NCBI GenBank assembly: GCA_963768655.1
Contig: CAVYIM010000004.1
Span: forward strand, 64,001-128,000
DNA length: 64,000 bases
Reading direction: 5' to 3'
Source: an uncultured Chloroflexia bacterium
GTDB taxonomy: Bacteria > Chloroflexota > Limnocylindria > Limnocylindrales > CSP1-4
Shown here: positions 1 to 10,521 of the stretch, piece after piece
Position numbering within the stretch: the first letter of the stretch is position 1
Layout of the letters: each line of letters begins with the position of its first letter
Translations under genes and position numbers: made by a program
The notes under the pieces: generated by a model
What the model saw: the letters and a program-made list of their open reading frames with translations, nothing else
The model's database searches: none
What the model was told of the DNA's origin: nothing

Positions 1-1
1 G

Positions 2-2417
2 CTACATTCGTGGGGCGCCGCCGACGAGGCCCATGCGAGCACGCGTCTGGAGTTCGTGGTCGAGGACGACAACGAGGAAACCGGCGAGCTGTCCGTCCGC
101 CATGGCGTGCTGGAGAAGGAGTTCCGGGGCCAGCGCGGCAAGGTGTCCCTCGAATACGACGGCCAGACCTACACCGACCCGGCTCGGGCCGATCAGATCA
201 TCGCCGAGCTGACGGGCATCCCCAACGAGGGTTTCTTCCGCTCCACCGCCTCGATCCGCCATGAGGAGCTCGACGACCTGGACCGCGACGAAGGCGCGCT
301 GCGGGACCGGTTGCAGGGCAGCGTCGGCGGCGGCGACAAGGGCAGCTCGCGGGCCAAGACCCGTCTCGAAGAGACGATCCGAGCTCTGAAATCCCGCGGT
401 GACAAGAACCCCGGCCGCCTCAAGATCGCGGAAGAGGCCGTGGCCAGAGCGGAAACGGCCCTCCGCAGCGGCGAGACCGCGCTCGAGAAGCTGGAACACG
501 ATCGCGACGCCCTGGCCCAGGCTCGCGCCGGCCGCGTCCGCTCCGAGCAGGCCCTGGTCGAGAGCAGGAACATGCTCGAGGGCGCCCGCCAGGCGGACCG
601 TCTTCGGTCCGATCGCGCCGTCGTCGCTGAGCGCTTCGAACGACTCCGCCAGGCCGCCGAGGCACAGCAGCGTCTCCAAACGCTGGAGTCGATGCCGGAG
701 CGCTCGATGTCGAGCCTCCGCGACACGCTGGATCGGTTGCGCACGCTTCAGAGCCGCGTGACGATCCTGCAGGAAGCGCTTCGAGAGGAGCAGGGGCCGG
801 ACGTCGAGCCCGATGAGCCGGTGCCGAGCTACCTGCTGTGGGGGCTGGCGACCGCGCTTCTTCCTCGTCATCGCTCTGGCCTCGGTCGCGTACGGCCTGC
901 TGGCCGGAACCATGGCCATGATGCTGACCGGCGTCCTGTTCGTGCTTCTGGCCGCCCTGCTGGTCTATTTCCTCATGGAACGTCGATCGGCGGCGCTCCT
1001 GGTCCGGCATGCAAACAACGCCCGCGAGCGCGAGCGAGCGGTCCGACGCCAGAGCCGGGTTGGCACCGAAGAGGGTCTCCGGGTCGCACAGTCGGCCGTG
1101 CAGAACATCCTGCGGGAACTCGGCGCCACGGACAGCACCTCGGCCGAGCGGCTCTTGACGGGCGAGCAGGGCCGGCGCCAGGAGATCGCCACGCTGCAGG
1201 TCCAGGTATCGGCGCTGCTGGCCGGCCAGAGCGACGCGGATGTCGCGGCGCTGCGCGACCAGGCCGCTCTCGAGGTCGAGCAGAAGGCCGCGGCCCTGGA
1301 GGCTCTGGGTCCCGTTGCGACCGACGCCCGGGCGCGCGAGCGTCTCGAGGCGGAGGTGCGCGACCGCCAGGAGGCGCTGGAGCGGGCTCGCGACGCAGAA
1401 GCCGCCGCGATCGCCCGGGTGGACGCCAATCCCGTCGATGCCGAGCAGGTCGCCGGCGAAGCGGAGCGGCTCGTCACCTGGCGAGAGCAGCTCGACGCGC
1501 TCAAGCGGCGCATCCGGATCTACGAGAAGACTCTGGCGGCGATCGAAAGCGCCGAGGGGATGACGATGCGTAAGGCGACCCGCTTCCTGGAGCAACAGGT
1601 GGGCCGTGACATCGCCCGGCTCACAGGCGGCCGGTACCGCAAGGTTGAGATCGACGACCGTTCTCTGGACGTCGACGTCTGGGCGCCCGAGCGCGGCGAC
1701 TGGGTGGCCGCCAGCCATCTCAGCAAGGGCACGATCGACCAGATCTACCTGGCCGCGCGCATCGGCCTCGTTCGTCTGGTCACGCAAGGGAGACGGCCGC
1801 CGCTGGTCCTGGACGACCCTTTCGTGACCTTCGACGACCAGCGGGCGGCGCGGGCGGCGCTGCTGCTGCGCGAACTCTCGTCGGACTTCCAGGTCATCTA
1901 CCTGGCCTGCTCGAACCGATACGACGGTCTGGCCGACGCCGTCCTGGAACTGCCGGGCCCGACGGACACGGACGCCACCGCTGCGGCGAGGGCCGGTGGG
2001 GCTGCGGGGAGCGCCAAGGCGGCCACTCCCGCGGCGAAGGGCAAAGCCGAGGCGGCCGGGGTCGAAACTGCCGCAAACGAGCCGGCACCCGGGCAGCCCG
2101 CCGTGGCCGAGCCGGCAATGCCCGAGGCCGCGACCGCCGATCTCGCGACCGCCGATCTGGCGCAGGCCGAGCCTGCGGCCGCCGGTCCCGCGAGGGCCGA
2201 CTCTTCGACCGCTGAGAAGGCTTCGCCGGAGCCCACCTCCGGAGCGGCGGTCGGGACCGAGCCGGGCGGCTCCGGTACGGGCCAGCCGGAAGCCGGTGCC
2301 CCTGCGCCCGGCGGAACGGAATCGCCATCTCCGGAGGGCGTTCACATCGAAGACGAAGAGGTCGACCCCGACGCGGTCATCCAGGTCTCGGTGCCGGGCG
2401 AGGAGCTGGCGGACTGA
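2..2417 (+). CDS. YhaN-like SMC/AAA coiled-coil ATPase with internal TM segment; 5' end outside window; frameshift near 860
   Basis: Frame open from nt 2 with long coiled coil; continues in the 813..2417 frame (FLVIALASVAYG TM, LSKGTIDQIYLAARI signature, PLVLDDPFVTFDDQR Walker B/D-loop); Ala/Pro/Glu-rich tail. Confidence 0.8.
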
Positions 2418-2428
2418 CGGAGGAAGCG

Positions 2429-2755
2429 ATGGCTGGGGAGATCCCCGACGGCCTGGCGATCGAGTCCATATGGGCGGTCGAGGCGACCTACGGGCCGGAC
2501 GCCGCGGAACGACGCCCGGCCGTCCGGCAGGAGCATCTCACGAGGATCGGCGAGCTCCGCGCGGCCGGGACAATCGTCGAGGCCGGCGGCTATGCCGACA
2601 TGAGCGGCTCCCTGTTGCTCGTCCGCGCCCCCGACGAGGCGGCTGCGCTCGCGATCCTGGAGTCCGACGTCTACACGCGGTCGGGCGTGTGGACGAGCTT
2701 CCGGGCCCGAGCCATCGGGCGCGTGGTCCGTCGCGACGAGATCGAGGCCGGCTGA
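2429..2755 (+). CDS. YciI family protein
   Basis: RQEHL, AGG...GSLLL and D-V-Y...GVW motifs; GGAGG RBS; 108 aa. Confidence 0.8.
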   Translation: MAGEIPDGLAIESIWAVEATYGPDAAERRPAVRQEHLTRIGELRAAGTIVEAGGYADMSGSLLLVRAPDEAAALAILESDVYTRSGVWTSFRARAIGRVVRRDEIEAG

Positions 2756-2774
2756 CCTCGGGCCCGGCTGGTCG

Positions 2775-2872
2775 GCGCGCCCGACCGGCCGGCCCGCGCC
2801 CGACCGGCCGGCCCGCGCCCGACCGGGAGGCCCGCGCCCGACCCGCGGCCCGCGCCCGACCGGGCGGCCGCG
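2775..2872. repeat. GC-rich degenerate tandem repeat (core CGCCCGACC) between convergent genes
   Basis: About five copies of cgcccgacc at roughly 13-19 bp spacing. Confidence 0.7.
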
Positions 2873-2881
2873 GACGCAGGG

Positions 2882-4123
2882 TCAGGGGAACGAGATCGTA
2901 GTCGTCAGATCCGGCCGACCGCTGTCCGAGCCCGCATTGAAAACCTGGATCTGGTAGGTCCGGCCTGCGGCGACGGCATGGGTGTAGGCCGGTGTGATCG
3001 ACCCGGTCGCCGGGTAGGTGGCCTGGCCCACCGCGGATCCCGGTGAGGACGTGACATCGGTCAGGGTCAGCGTCGCATCGGTGGACACCGGCGGCCACGA
3101 GGCGATGAGTCCGACCGATCCGGCCGCCCGCGTCTTGAACGTGGCTGTGAAGCCCCTCAGCGAGTCCGGGTTGGGCGCCCCCTGGAAACGGCCGCCGCTG
3201 AGAGTGATAGCCGGCGCCCTGGTCTGCCAGGTGAAGGCCACGTCCACGACCGGCGTCGCGCCCGCATCCGTCGCGATGAGCGTCACCACCCACTGGGCCT
3301 GATCCCCGGAGGACGGGGCCACCGTGAAGAAGCCGGGTGTAGCGCCCGTGGTGCAGCTCTGCGGGCCGCCGTTCACCTGGATGCACATCTTCAGATTGGC
3401 CAGTGGGGCGGCGGCCGCCACCTCCGCCGAGACCGACCCGGGCCCATCGGTCGTGAACGCGAAAGTGCGTGCCGTGCCGCTGGGGTCCGCCTCGGAGTCG
3501 AGCATCATCTGGTGAAAGGTGATCGTCGCGGGCGACGCGGGCCCACTCGCCTGCGGCGCGGGGGTGGTTGTGCCCATCGGCGTGGAGCTCGCGCCGGCGG
3601 TCGAGCTCGGACCGGGCGTTTCCGTCGCGCTGGCCGTGGAGCTCGGACCGGGCGTTTCCGTCGCGCCGCCTGTCGCGGTGGGGCTGAGTGTCGCACTGCC
3701 GGTCATGGCGGGCGTCGGGCTGGCCGGCAGGGGCGATGCGGTTGCCACGCTCGTCCCCGGACTGGCCGTGGAGGAAGAGCCGCGGTTCATGGCCGCGAAC
3801 AGCAGCTTTCCAGTGGCGCCGGCCAGGATGGCCGCGACCAGGCCCAGGACGAGGGCGATGTTGCGCCACCGCCTCGAAGACGCTTCCGTCCGCCTTGCTC
3901 TCGAGTCGGGAATCTGCTCGTCGGGGGGCTCACCTCCGGTTTCATCGAAGGCGAAGTACCCCGGGTCGCGACGTCCCCCGGCCGGCGTGCCGCGACCGGC
4001 CGCATCGTCGCCCAGCGTGTCACCCGCCAGCCCCCGGCCGGCGTCCCGACCCGTCGCGCTGGCAGGCGCCGAACCCTCGCCGGCCGGGTCGACCGACGAG
4101 CCCTCGATTGGGAAGTCGTCCAA
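2882..4123 (-). CDS. Membrane-anchored protein: single TM, Ser/Thr/Pro linker, unknown C-terminal beta-rich domain (paralog of 4234..5151)
   Basis: TTG start with GAGGAGG RBS; TM IALVLGLVAAILAG; duplicated ATETPGPSSTA; shared C-terminal domain. Confidence 0.75.
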   Translation of the reverse strand: MDDFPIEGSSVDPAGEGSAPASATGRDAGRGLAGDTLGDDAAGRGTPAGGRRDPGYFAFDETGGEPPDEQIPDSRARRTEASSRRWRNIALVLGLVAAILAGATGKLLFAAMNRGSSSTASPGTSVATASPLPASPTPAMTGSATLSPTATGGATETPGPSSTASATETPGPSSTAGASSTPMGTTTPAPQASGPASPATITFHQMMLDSEADPSGTARTFAFTTDGPGSVSAEVAAAAPLANLKMCIQVNGGPQSCTTGATPGFFTVAPSSGDQAQWVVTLIATDAGATPVVDVAFTWQTRAPAITLSGGRFQGAPNPDSLRGFTATFKTRAAGSVGLIASWPPVSTDATLTLTDVTSSPGSAVGQATYPATGSITPAYTHAVAAGRTYQIQVFNAGSDSGRPDLTTTISFP

Positions 4124-4233
4124 CCGCTCGCCTCCTCGTCAGCCGGATGACCCACGATGGGCAGGCACAACCTGCCCCGATCGATGCGTCGGTCAGGCTG
4201 GGTCCTGGCAACAGCCTCCCGCGCGTCGAGTGG

Positions 4234-5151
4234 TCAAGGGACCGAGATCACGGCCGTCAGGTCCGGCCGCTGGCTGTCGGCAGACAGGTTCCGCAACGAG
4301 ACCCGATACGACTTGCCCGCGTTCAAACCGTATGCGTAGCCAGGCGTGCCGAGGTTCGTGACGCTCGAGAACTGCTTCTGGTCGAGGATCGTCGCCGTGG
4401 GGGCGTTGAGATCCTCGGTCGTGACCTCGACGTTGGCAGTGACGGCGGTCCACGAGGCAGCCACGGTCAGATTGCCGGCGTTGACCGTCTTGACCGTGGC
4501 CGTGAAGCCGTTGAGGTTCGGGGACACGCCCGGGCTGGAGCTGCCCTGGAATCGGCCGTGGGTCAGGGTTATCTGGGCATGGTTGGTCGGCCACGACAGG
4601 GCCACGTCGACTGTCGGCCCGATACTGGCCGGCCCGATCAGCGTGACGACCCAGACCGAGTGCGCGGTGTCCGTATAGGCGCCCTTGTAGCTGACGGCGG
4701 TGCCGGTGCGGCAGTCGGGCTTCCCGCCGTCGATCTGGGCGCAGATCTTCGTGGTCGCCTTGGCGGGCGAGCTCTTGACGATCGCGATCCCGACCGGGCC
4801 GGAGCCGTCGGTGATGAAGGTGATCGTCCGCGGCTTTGCAAGGGCGTCCGTCGACGCGTCGAGCTGCAGGTTGTTGAACGTGACATGTGCGATCGGAGCG
4901 TTGGCCAGGGGCGTGGCCGTCGGCCCGGCCGTGGGACTGGCCGAAGCCGTCGGAGATGGAGAGGTCGCGGGCGAACTGGAAGACTGCGGAGATCCGGAAA
5001 CCGAAGGAGCGACGGTGGCGGTGGCGCCGGCCGGCTGGGATGGCGTGGGCGACTCACCCGAGGTGGCCAGCAATGCGCCGGCAGCGATTATCAGCACCAC
5101 GCACGCCACGCCCAGCACGGCTGAGAGATTGCGCCAACTAGAGTCATTCAC
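4234..5151 (-). CDS. Membrane-anchored/secreted protein, S/T/P linker, unknown C-terminal domain (paralog of 2882..4123)
   Basis: GTG start with GGAGGAG RBS; N-terminal hydrophobic helix; motifs FxTDGxG, WVVTLI, GRFQG, GFTAT, RPDLT shared with neighbour. Confidence 0.8.
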   Translation of the reverse strand: MNDSSWRNLSAVLGVACVVLIIAAGALLATSGESPTPSQPAGATATVAPSVSGSPQSSSSPATSPSPTASASPTAGPTATPLANAPIAHVTFNNLQLDASTDALAKPRTITFITDGSGPVGIAIVKSSPAKATTKICAQIDGGKPDCRTGTAVSYKGAYTDTAHSVWVVTLIGPASIGPTVDVALSWPTNHAQITLTHGRFQGSSSPGVSPNLNGFTATVKTVNAGNLTVAASWTAVTANVEVTTEDLNAPTATILDQKQFSSVTNLGTPGYAYGLNAGKSYRVSLRNLSADSQRPDLTAVISVP

Positions 5152-5268
5152 CTGGCTATCTCCTCCGGGTCCTCGATCTGCGGGTCACAAGATACCTCCT
5201 GCGGGCCCACCAGCGATAACCGCGGGGATTCGCCTATCCTCCCGCCCCGGCTCCGCTACGCTGCCACG

Positions 5269-6528
5269 ATGCGCCGACACGGCCAGCAGGACTGGCGTCT
5301 GCTGCTCAGCCTGTACTGGATCACCTCGTTCGTCGAAGGCTTCGGAGTGGCGCAGGTCTACGCCTTCCTGCCGAATCGACTGGCCGAAGTGGGCATGTCG
5401 ACGCCCGACATCGACCGCTTCGTCGGTGTGCTCGGCGCGCTCTTCTTCCTCACGGGGCTGCCGCTCGTCCCGCTGTGGGGCGTCTGGGCGGACAAGTACA
5501 GCCGCAAGGCGGTAATAATCCGCAGCGCGCTCGTCGAGGTCGTTGTCTTCGGCGTGGTCGGGGCCAGTCGCGAGCCCTGGCAGCTCGTCATCGGGGTCCT
5601 GCTCGTTGCCTTCCAGCTGGGCAACAGCGGCGTGATGATGGCGGCCATCCGCGACGTCACGCCTACGCACCGGCTGGGCCTGGCCATGGGCGTCTTCGCG
5701 GCCAGCAGCCCGCTCGGCTTCGGAGTGGGCCCGGCGGTCGGGTCGGTCATGATCGACCAGCTGCACCTGGCCAGCGGCAACGTCTTTGCCGTCGCGGCGA
5801 TCCTCTCGGCGGCGGTGGCGCTGATGCTGGCCGTCGGATCGGCCGAGGTCCGGCCCGAAGTCGTCCCTCAGGGAAGCGTTCTGAGGTTGGCCTTCGGAGC
5901 CGTGCGGGGCGTGCTGTCGGACCGGACCGTGCGGTGGCTGTTCACCATCTACGGGATCGCCTTTCTGGGCCGCCAGATGTCGACGCAGTACCTGGCCCTG
6001 CTCGTGCACGACGTTGAGCACACCCCACTGGACGTGGCCGGCTCGATAGGGCTGGTGCTCGGCCTGGCCACGATCGTGGGCGCCTCTCTGTCGCCTCTGG
6101 GCGGCTGGGTCGCCGATCGCGCCGGCTTCCGGACGGTGATGGTGGTTTCGATGGGCGGCCTGGCAGTCGCCTTCGCGGCCCTGCCGCTCGCCCCCTCGGC
6201 GGCCTGGATGGCAGTCGCGTACGGCCTGGCGGTCGCCTTCCAGGCCGTTGTCGGGGCGATGGTATCCGGGATCCTGGCAGTCGAAGTACCGGCCGAGCGC
6301 CGCTCGGCGACGCTCAACCTGGTCTTCCTGCCGCTCTATCTGGGTGGCATCGTGGGACCGGCCCTGGGCTCGGCGGTCGTCGGCTCGGGCCTGCGGTCCG
6401 TCTTCTACCTGGCGGCCGTTGTCCTCCTGGGAGGCCTGATCGTCGCGATCGTCTTTGCGCGTCGAACGAGCGGCGCCCACAGGGTGCCGCTCGCGGGAGT
6501 CGCCGAGGGCGCCGAACCGGCCGATTGA
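5269..6528 (+). CDS. MFS transporter (DHA1-like)
   Basis: About 12 hydrophobic segments; motif A WGVWADKYSRK and GWVADRAGFR. Confidence 0.9.
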   Translation: MRRHGQQDWRLLLSLYWITSFVEGFGVAQVYAFLPNRLAEVGMSTPDIDRFVGVLGALFFLTGLPLVPLWGVWADKYSRKAVIIRSALVEVVVFGVVGASREPWQLVIGVLLVAFQLGNSGVMMAAIRDVTPTHRLGLAMGVFAASSPLGFGVGPAVGSVMIDQLHLASGNVFAVAAILSAAVALMLAVGSAEVRPEVVPQGSVLRLAFGAVRGVLSDRTVRWLFTIYGIAFLGRQMSTQYLALLVHDVEHTPLDVAGSIGLVLGLATIVGASLSPLGGWVADRAGFRTVMVVSMGGLAVAFAALPLAPSAAWMAVAYGLAVAFQAVVGAMVSGILAVEVPAERRSATLNLVFLPLYLGGIVGPALGSAVVGSGLRSVFYLAAVVLLGGLIVAIVFARRTSGAHRVPLAGVAEGAEPAD

Positions 6529-6582
6529 CGGCGAACGCTCCCAGCCGGGAGGTCCGGCCGTGGACGCCGCGTCGTCGCGGCT

Positions 6583-7770
6583 CTAGCGACCCAGTGCCGG
6601 GACGTCCATCTCCGCCGGGCCGACGTACCGGGCGTCCGGCCGGATCAGCTTGTCGGCCGAGGCCTGCTCGATGGCGTGGGCGCCCCAGCCGGCCATGCGG
6701 GCCAGGGCGAACGTCGGCGGGAAGAGGTCGGGCGGGAGGCCGACGCCCTGAAGCACCGCGGCGGCGTAGTACTCGACGTTGGTCTTGATGACGCGGTCCG
6801 GCTTCAGCTCGCCGAAGACGCGCAGGACTACGTCTTCCACCTTGACTGCCACGTCGAGCCACTCGGCCATGTCGGCCATGCCCTCGGCCACTTTCCGTAG
6901 GGCTGCGGCGCGGGGGTCGTAGGCGCGGTAGACGCGATGGCCGAAGCCCATGATCCGGTCGCCGCGGGCGATTGCCTCGCGGACCCACTTCTCGGCGTGC
7001 TCGGGGGAGCCGATCTCGTGGAGCTGGCTCACGACCTCGGCCGGGGCGCCGCCGTGGAGCGGGCCCTTCAGGGCGCCGATGGCCCCGCAGATCGCACTCG
7101 CCAAGTCGGAGCGCGTCGAGATGATGACCCGGCAGGTGAATGTGGAGGCGTTCAGGCCGTGCTCCGCCCCGACGATGAAGTACGCGTCCAGGGCACGGGC
7201 GTCGGCAGGATCGGGATCCTTGCCGGTCAGCTGCTGCAGGAAGCCGCCCGCCAGAGAGAGCTTGGGGTTCGGCTTGACCGGCTCGAGGCCGTTGCGCAGG
7301 CGGTGGAAGGCCGCCAGCGCGGAGGGCGCGAACGCGGTGACCTCCCGGGCCTGGTCGACGGTGGGCGGCCAGTGCGGCCGGCGCCACGCGCCCCAGACGG
7401 ATACCGCGGTGCGCAGCGCGTCCATGGGATGGGTGTGGGAAGGCAGCTCGTACAGCGCGCACATGACGGGCTCCGGTACCGGGGCAGGCACCAGGCGCGC
7501 GGACTTGCGCCACTCACCGGTCCAGAGCAGCTCGGCGACGCGGCCGTAGGTGCCCTTCTCGACGAGCTGGCCGATGGGGTAGCCACGGTACAGCAGCCGG
7601 CCATTCGCGCCGTCCACGAGACCGACCGCCGTTTCGGCGGCGATCACGCCTTCGAGGCCCGGTGAGTACGGTCGCTCCGGCTTCGGCGCGGCCTCGGCCG
7701 GCGCCGGCGGCGCTGCCGCCGCGGGCTCGTCCACGATGGGGGCAGCGGGGTTCTGTGGAGTCGTCGTCAT
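6583..7770 (-). CDS. Citrate synthase / 2-methylcitrate synthase family
   Basis: GLEGV, LLYRGY, EHGLNASTF, GPLHGGA, MGFGHRVY, DPR motifs. Confidence 0.93.
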   Translation of the reverse strand: MTTTPQNPAAPIVDEPAAAAPPAPAEAAPKPERPYSPGLEGVIAAETAVGLVDGANGRLLYRGYPIGQLVEKGTYGRVAELLWTGEWRKSARLVPAPVPEPVMCALYELPSHTHPMDALRTAVSVWGAWRRPHWPPTVDQAREVTAFAPSALAAFHRLRNGLEPVKPNPKLSLAGGFLQQLTGKDPDPADARALDAYFIVGAEHGLNASTFTCRVIISTRSDLASAICGAIGALKGPLHGGAPAEVVSQLHEIGSPEHAEKWVREAIARGDRIMGFGHRVYRAYDPRAAALRKVAEGMADMAEWLDVAVKVEDVVLRVFGELKPDRVIKTNVEYYAAAVLQGVGLPPDLFPPTFALARMAGWGAHAIEQASADKLIRPDARYVGPAEMDVPALGR

Positions 7771-7945
7771 CGTGGCCCTCCTTGGGGCTCAGGACCGTCT
7801 CTCGATCTCGGGCCCCGGGGTGGCAGCTCTCCCCGCGGGCGGAATCGTGGCACGCATCCTACCTCTCCAGCGGATACAGGCGTGGGTCGCGTCGAAACTG
7901 TCCCGCCCGATGGGGTAGGCGGCCCGGGACGGCCCCGGAAAGGCG

Positions 7946-8227
7946 CTAGTAGCGCGACCCGCGATGTCCGCGCCGGTCATTACCCTCGAGCGCGTTCAGG
8001 ATGAGGCGGATGACTGTGGCGCCAAGGAAGGCCACCAGGAGAGCCCCGAGGAAGCCGCTGGTGCTGCCCATGTGCAGCTCCTCGGTGGCGAACCAGCCTC
8101 CGAGAAGTCCGCCGAGGATGCCGATCATCGTGTTGCCGAGGCAGCCCTCGGGACCGCCTCCCTTCACGACGGCACTGGAGAGAGCCCCGGCCAGGAAACC
8201 GACGACAATCCAACCGAGGATTTCCAT
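7946..8227 (-). CDS. GlsB/YeaQ/YmgE (transglycosylase-associated) small membrane protein
   Basis: WIVVGFLAGAL...GILGGLLGGW...AFLGA pattern, three TM helices. Confidence 0.85.
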   Translation of the reverse strand: MEILGWIVVGFLAGALSSAVVKGGGPEGCLGNTMIGILGGLLGGWFATEELHMGSTSGFLGALLVAFLGATVIRLILNALEGNDRRGHRGSRY

Positions 8228-8371
8228 GTGGGGCACGTCCGCTCCTCCTGCCTGCGCGAGATCGGGTGGCGCGAGAGCGCCCGACTGCTCGATTCGATGA
8301 TAACGGTGGCCACCGATGGCGCGGGGCCAGAAGCAGGCTCCGGCGGCCCGCGCCTTCGACGGCTGGCGAGC

Positions 8372-8620
8372 CTAGAGGGCGTCCTTCCAGGCCGGCATCG
8401 TCTTCATGTAGGCGATCGCCTTCTCGCGGGCGGCCTGGTAGTCGAGGCCATCCTGGCGCATCGTCCACTGGGTGAAGCGCTCCAGGCGTTCGTCCACGGG
8501 CGGCAAGTCGCCCTCTGGGGCGCAGTGCTTGCAATACGGGATCTCGAGGTTGGCAAGTGCATGGTCCTCTGCGCCGGCGAGCGGCATGCCGCAGGATTCG
8601 CAGCTGGCAACGATCGTCAT
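8372..8620 (-). CDS. Putative zinc-ribbon domain protein
   Basis: CESCGMPL and YCKHC motifs, C-terminal MPAWK; coupled to the MarR gene. Confidence 0.8.
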   Translation of the reverse strand: MTIVASCESCGMPLAGAEDHALANLEIPYCKHCAPEGDLPPVDERLERFTQWTMRQDGLDYQAAREKAIAYMKTMPAWKDAL

Positions 8621-9171
8621 CGGGGCGTCCTTTCGGTCTCGTTCGCGCGCCCGGGGGCGCTCGACTCGGTCGGGGATGAAGCGGCGGCGGCGAGCAGCTC
8701 GAAGCCGCGGACGACGATCGCCCGCTCCGCCGGTGACAGGGTGGCCATCGTTTCGGCGATCAGGTCCGGGGCCAGCACCTCGCCGACCCGGGAGACCACG
8801 TCACGGCCGGCGTCCGTCAGCCAGACCAGCACCCGGCGTTCGTCGCGCTCGTCGCGGATCCGGGCGACGAGCCCTTTCGACTCCAGGCGCGCCAGCAGCT
8901 CGGATGCCGAGTTGCGCCGCAGGCCCATGTGTTCGGCCTGTTCACCTACCGTCAGGGGGCCGCTCGCGGAGAGATGCGCCAGCACTTCCAGCGCGCGCCG
9001 CGTGACGGGTAGATCCGCGCCCCGAACCCGCTGAGCCCAGTGGTACCGCCGATACACCTCCGGAAAGAGGCGGGCTACTCGCCTTGCGGCCTGCTGAGCC
9101 GTGAGCTCGGGAGCGCCGTCCGGGGCGTTAGCCTGAGCTGGGTTCTGGCTGGATCTGTTCGTGGCGACCAT
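8617..9171 (-). CDS. MarR family transcriptional regulator
   Basis: wHTH: RLESKGLVAR...DERRVLVWLTDAGR. Confidence 0.9.
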   Translation of the reverse strand: MVATNRSSQNPAQANAPDGAPELTAQQAARRVARLFPEVYRRYHWAQRVRGADLPVTRRALEVLAHLSASGPLTVGEQAEHMGLRRNSASELLARLESKGLVARIRDERDERRVLVWLTDAGRDVVSRVGEVLAPDLIAETMATLSPAERAIVVRGFELLAAAASSPTESSAPGRANETERTPR

Positions 9172-9247
9172 GTCGCTGCGACTATCGGCCGGGCCGTTGC
9201 GGGCGTCAACGGATCTGATCGGTCGCTACGACATATTGCGTCGACGG

Positions 9248-9952
9248 CTAGCTCGAAGGCGTCGGGCCGGGCGTCTCGTCCGGGACCTCGATGCTGACGA
9301 GGAAGGACGTGTAGGCCAGGCTCGATGGACCCCGGATCACTTCGGCGAACACGTTTTGGAACGCTCCGCTCTGAGCAGTCAGCTCGACACGGCCCCCATG
9401 CTCGTCCGTGGCGCAATGGAACGTCGCGCCCTGAACGGCCTGAGCGAACGGCACGCTCGTTCCCGGATCGGTGCTGGCCAGCACGACGAGATCGTCGGGC
9501 CCGCTGCACACCACGTGAATGGCGATTTGGGGCGCCGGTGGCAGGAGGTTGCCCCCGACCGAGCCCCCGGCTGGGCCACCATCCCCAAAAGATTCCTGGA
9601 ATTTCCAGCCGGCCGGGGCGCTTGGAGCCGTCGGCATCGGAGTGGGCTCCGCACTCGGGCCGCTTCCGGTTCCGATGTTTCGCGGCAGAAACACGAGCGT
9701 GAACGCGCCCGCCGCGACCACGATGACCGCTGCCAGAGATACGCCGACCCTGCCTGCTCGCCCCAGCGATCGCCAGGCCGCGTTCGCCCGGCTGGTTCGA
9801 GATTCGGTCGGCGTCGTCATCGGAAGCTCCCTCACGTACGAATACAGAGTCTGCGGCGCCCCGGGCGTAAGGCGGTCGTCGAAGACGCCCGACAGACGCT
9901 CGTCCAGCTCGGCATCGGATATAGGGCGGTGGGTGCGCCCGAGGGACTTCAT
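9248..9952 (-). CDS. Putative anti-sigma factor (single TM, extracytoplasmic domain)
   Basis: Overlaps the ECF sigma stop (ATGA); cytosolic N-terminus, TM VSLAAVIVVAAGAFTLVFL, Pro linker. Confidence 0.6.
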   Translation of the reverse strand: MKSLGRTHRPISDAELDERLSGVFDDRLTPGAPQTLYSYVRELPMTTPTESRTSRANAAWRSLGRAGRVGVSLAAVIVVAAGAFTLVFLPRNIGTGSGPSAEPTPMPTAPSAPAGWKFQESFGDGGPAGGSVGGNLLPPAPQIAIHVVCSGPDDLVVLASTDPGTSVPFAQAVQGATFHCATDEHGGRVELTAQSGAFQNVFAEVIRGPSSLAYTSFLVSIEVPDETPGPTPSS

Positions 9953-10521
9953 CGCTCGATCTCCCGGCGCAGCAGACGCTGCGCGTAGTGCAGCCTCGAC
10001 TTCACCGTGCCCACGGGCAGGTCCAGGTGAGTCGCGATCTGCTCCAGAGGCATATCTCGCCAGTAACGGAAGACGATCACCACGCGCTGCTCCGGAGACA
10101 GACAGGCAAGTGCCCGGCCGACCGCATCCCGATTTAGGGTGGCTCGAAATGGGTCGGCCGTGGCGACGCCCAATTCGTCGTCGAGAACCAGCAATCGAAC
10201 CCGACGGCGCGCCTGGATGCTGTTACGACACACGTTGACCACGATGCGGTCCAGCCAGGCGCCGAAGCTGTCCGTGTCGCGCAGCTTCGGCCAGGCCTGC
10301 CATGCTCGAACGAGTGCCTCCTGGACGGCGTCCTCGGCCTCGCCTCGGTCGCCCAGCAGATAGCCCGCCAGCTTGTAGGCACCGTCGAGGTGGCGAGTCG
10401 CGAGCCGGGCCCACTCGACGCCGAGCTCTGTAGCATCGGGTGCGGACGCAGATGCAGACGCGTTCGCTCTCTGCGCCATCATCGCCTCCGCTGAGGTGTG
10501 TCCAACTGCGGCTTTCTCCAT
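9949..10521 (-). CDS. ECF sigma-70 family RNA polymerase sigma factor
   Basis: AEDAVQEAL, FGAWLDRIVVN (region 2); IATHLDLPVGTVKSRLHYA (region 4). Confidence 0.92.
   Translation of the reverse strand: MEKAAVGHTSAEAMMAQRANASASASAPDATELGVEWARLATRHLDGAYKLAGYLLGDRGEAEDAVQEALVRAWQAWPKLRDTDSFGAWLDRIVVNVCRNSIQARRRVRLLVLDDELGVATADPFRATLNRDAVGRALACLSPEQRVVIVFRYWRDMPLEQIATHLDLPVGTVKSRLHYAQRLLRREIER

Noticed and set aside
420-2345. Long antisense and alternate-frame ORFs (also 22064..23716, 24645..26552, 41063..42763, 49094..50809)
   Set aside because: Shadow ORFs typical of high-GC DNA; Arg/Pro/Gly-rich or antisense to motif-bearing genes
2775-2872. Possible CRISPR or REP element
   Set aside because: Degenerate low-complexity GC tandem repeat without spacers
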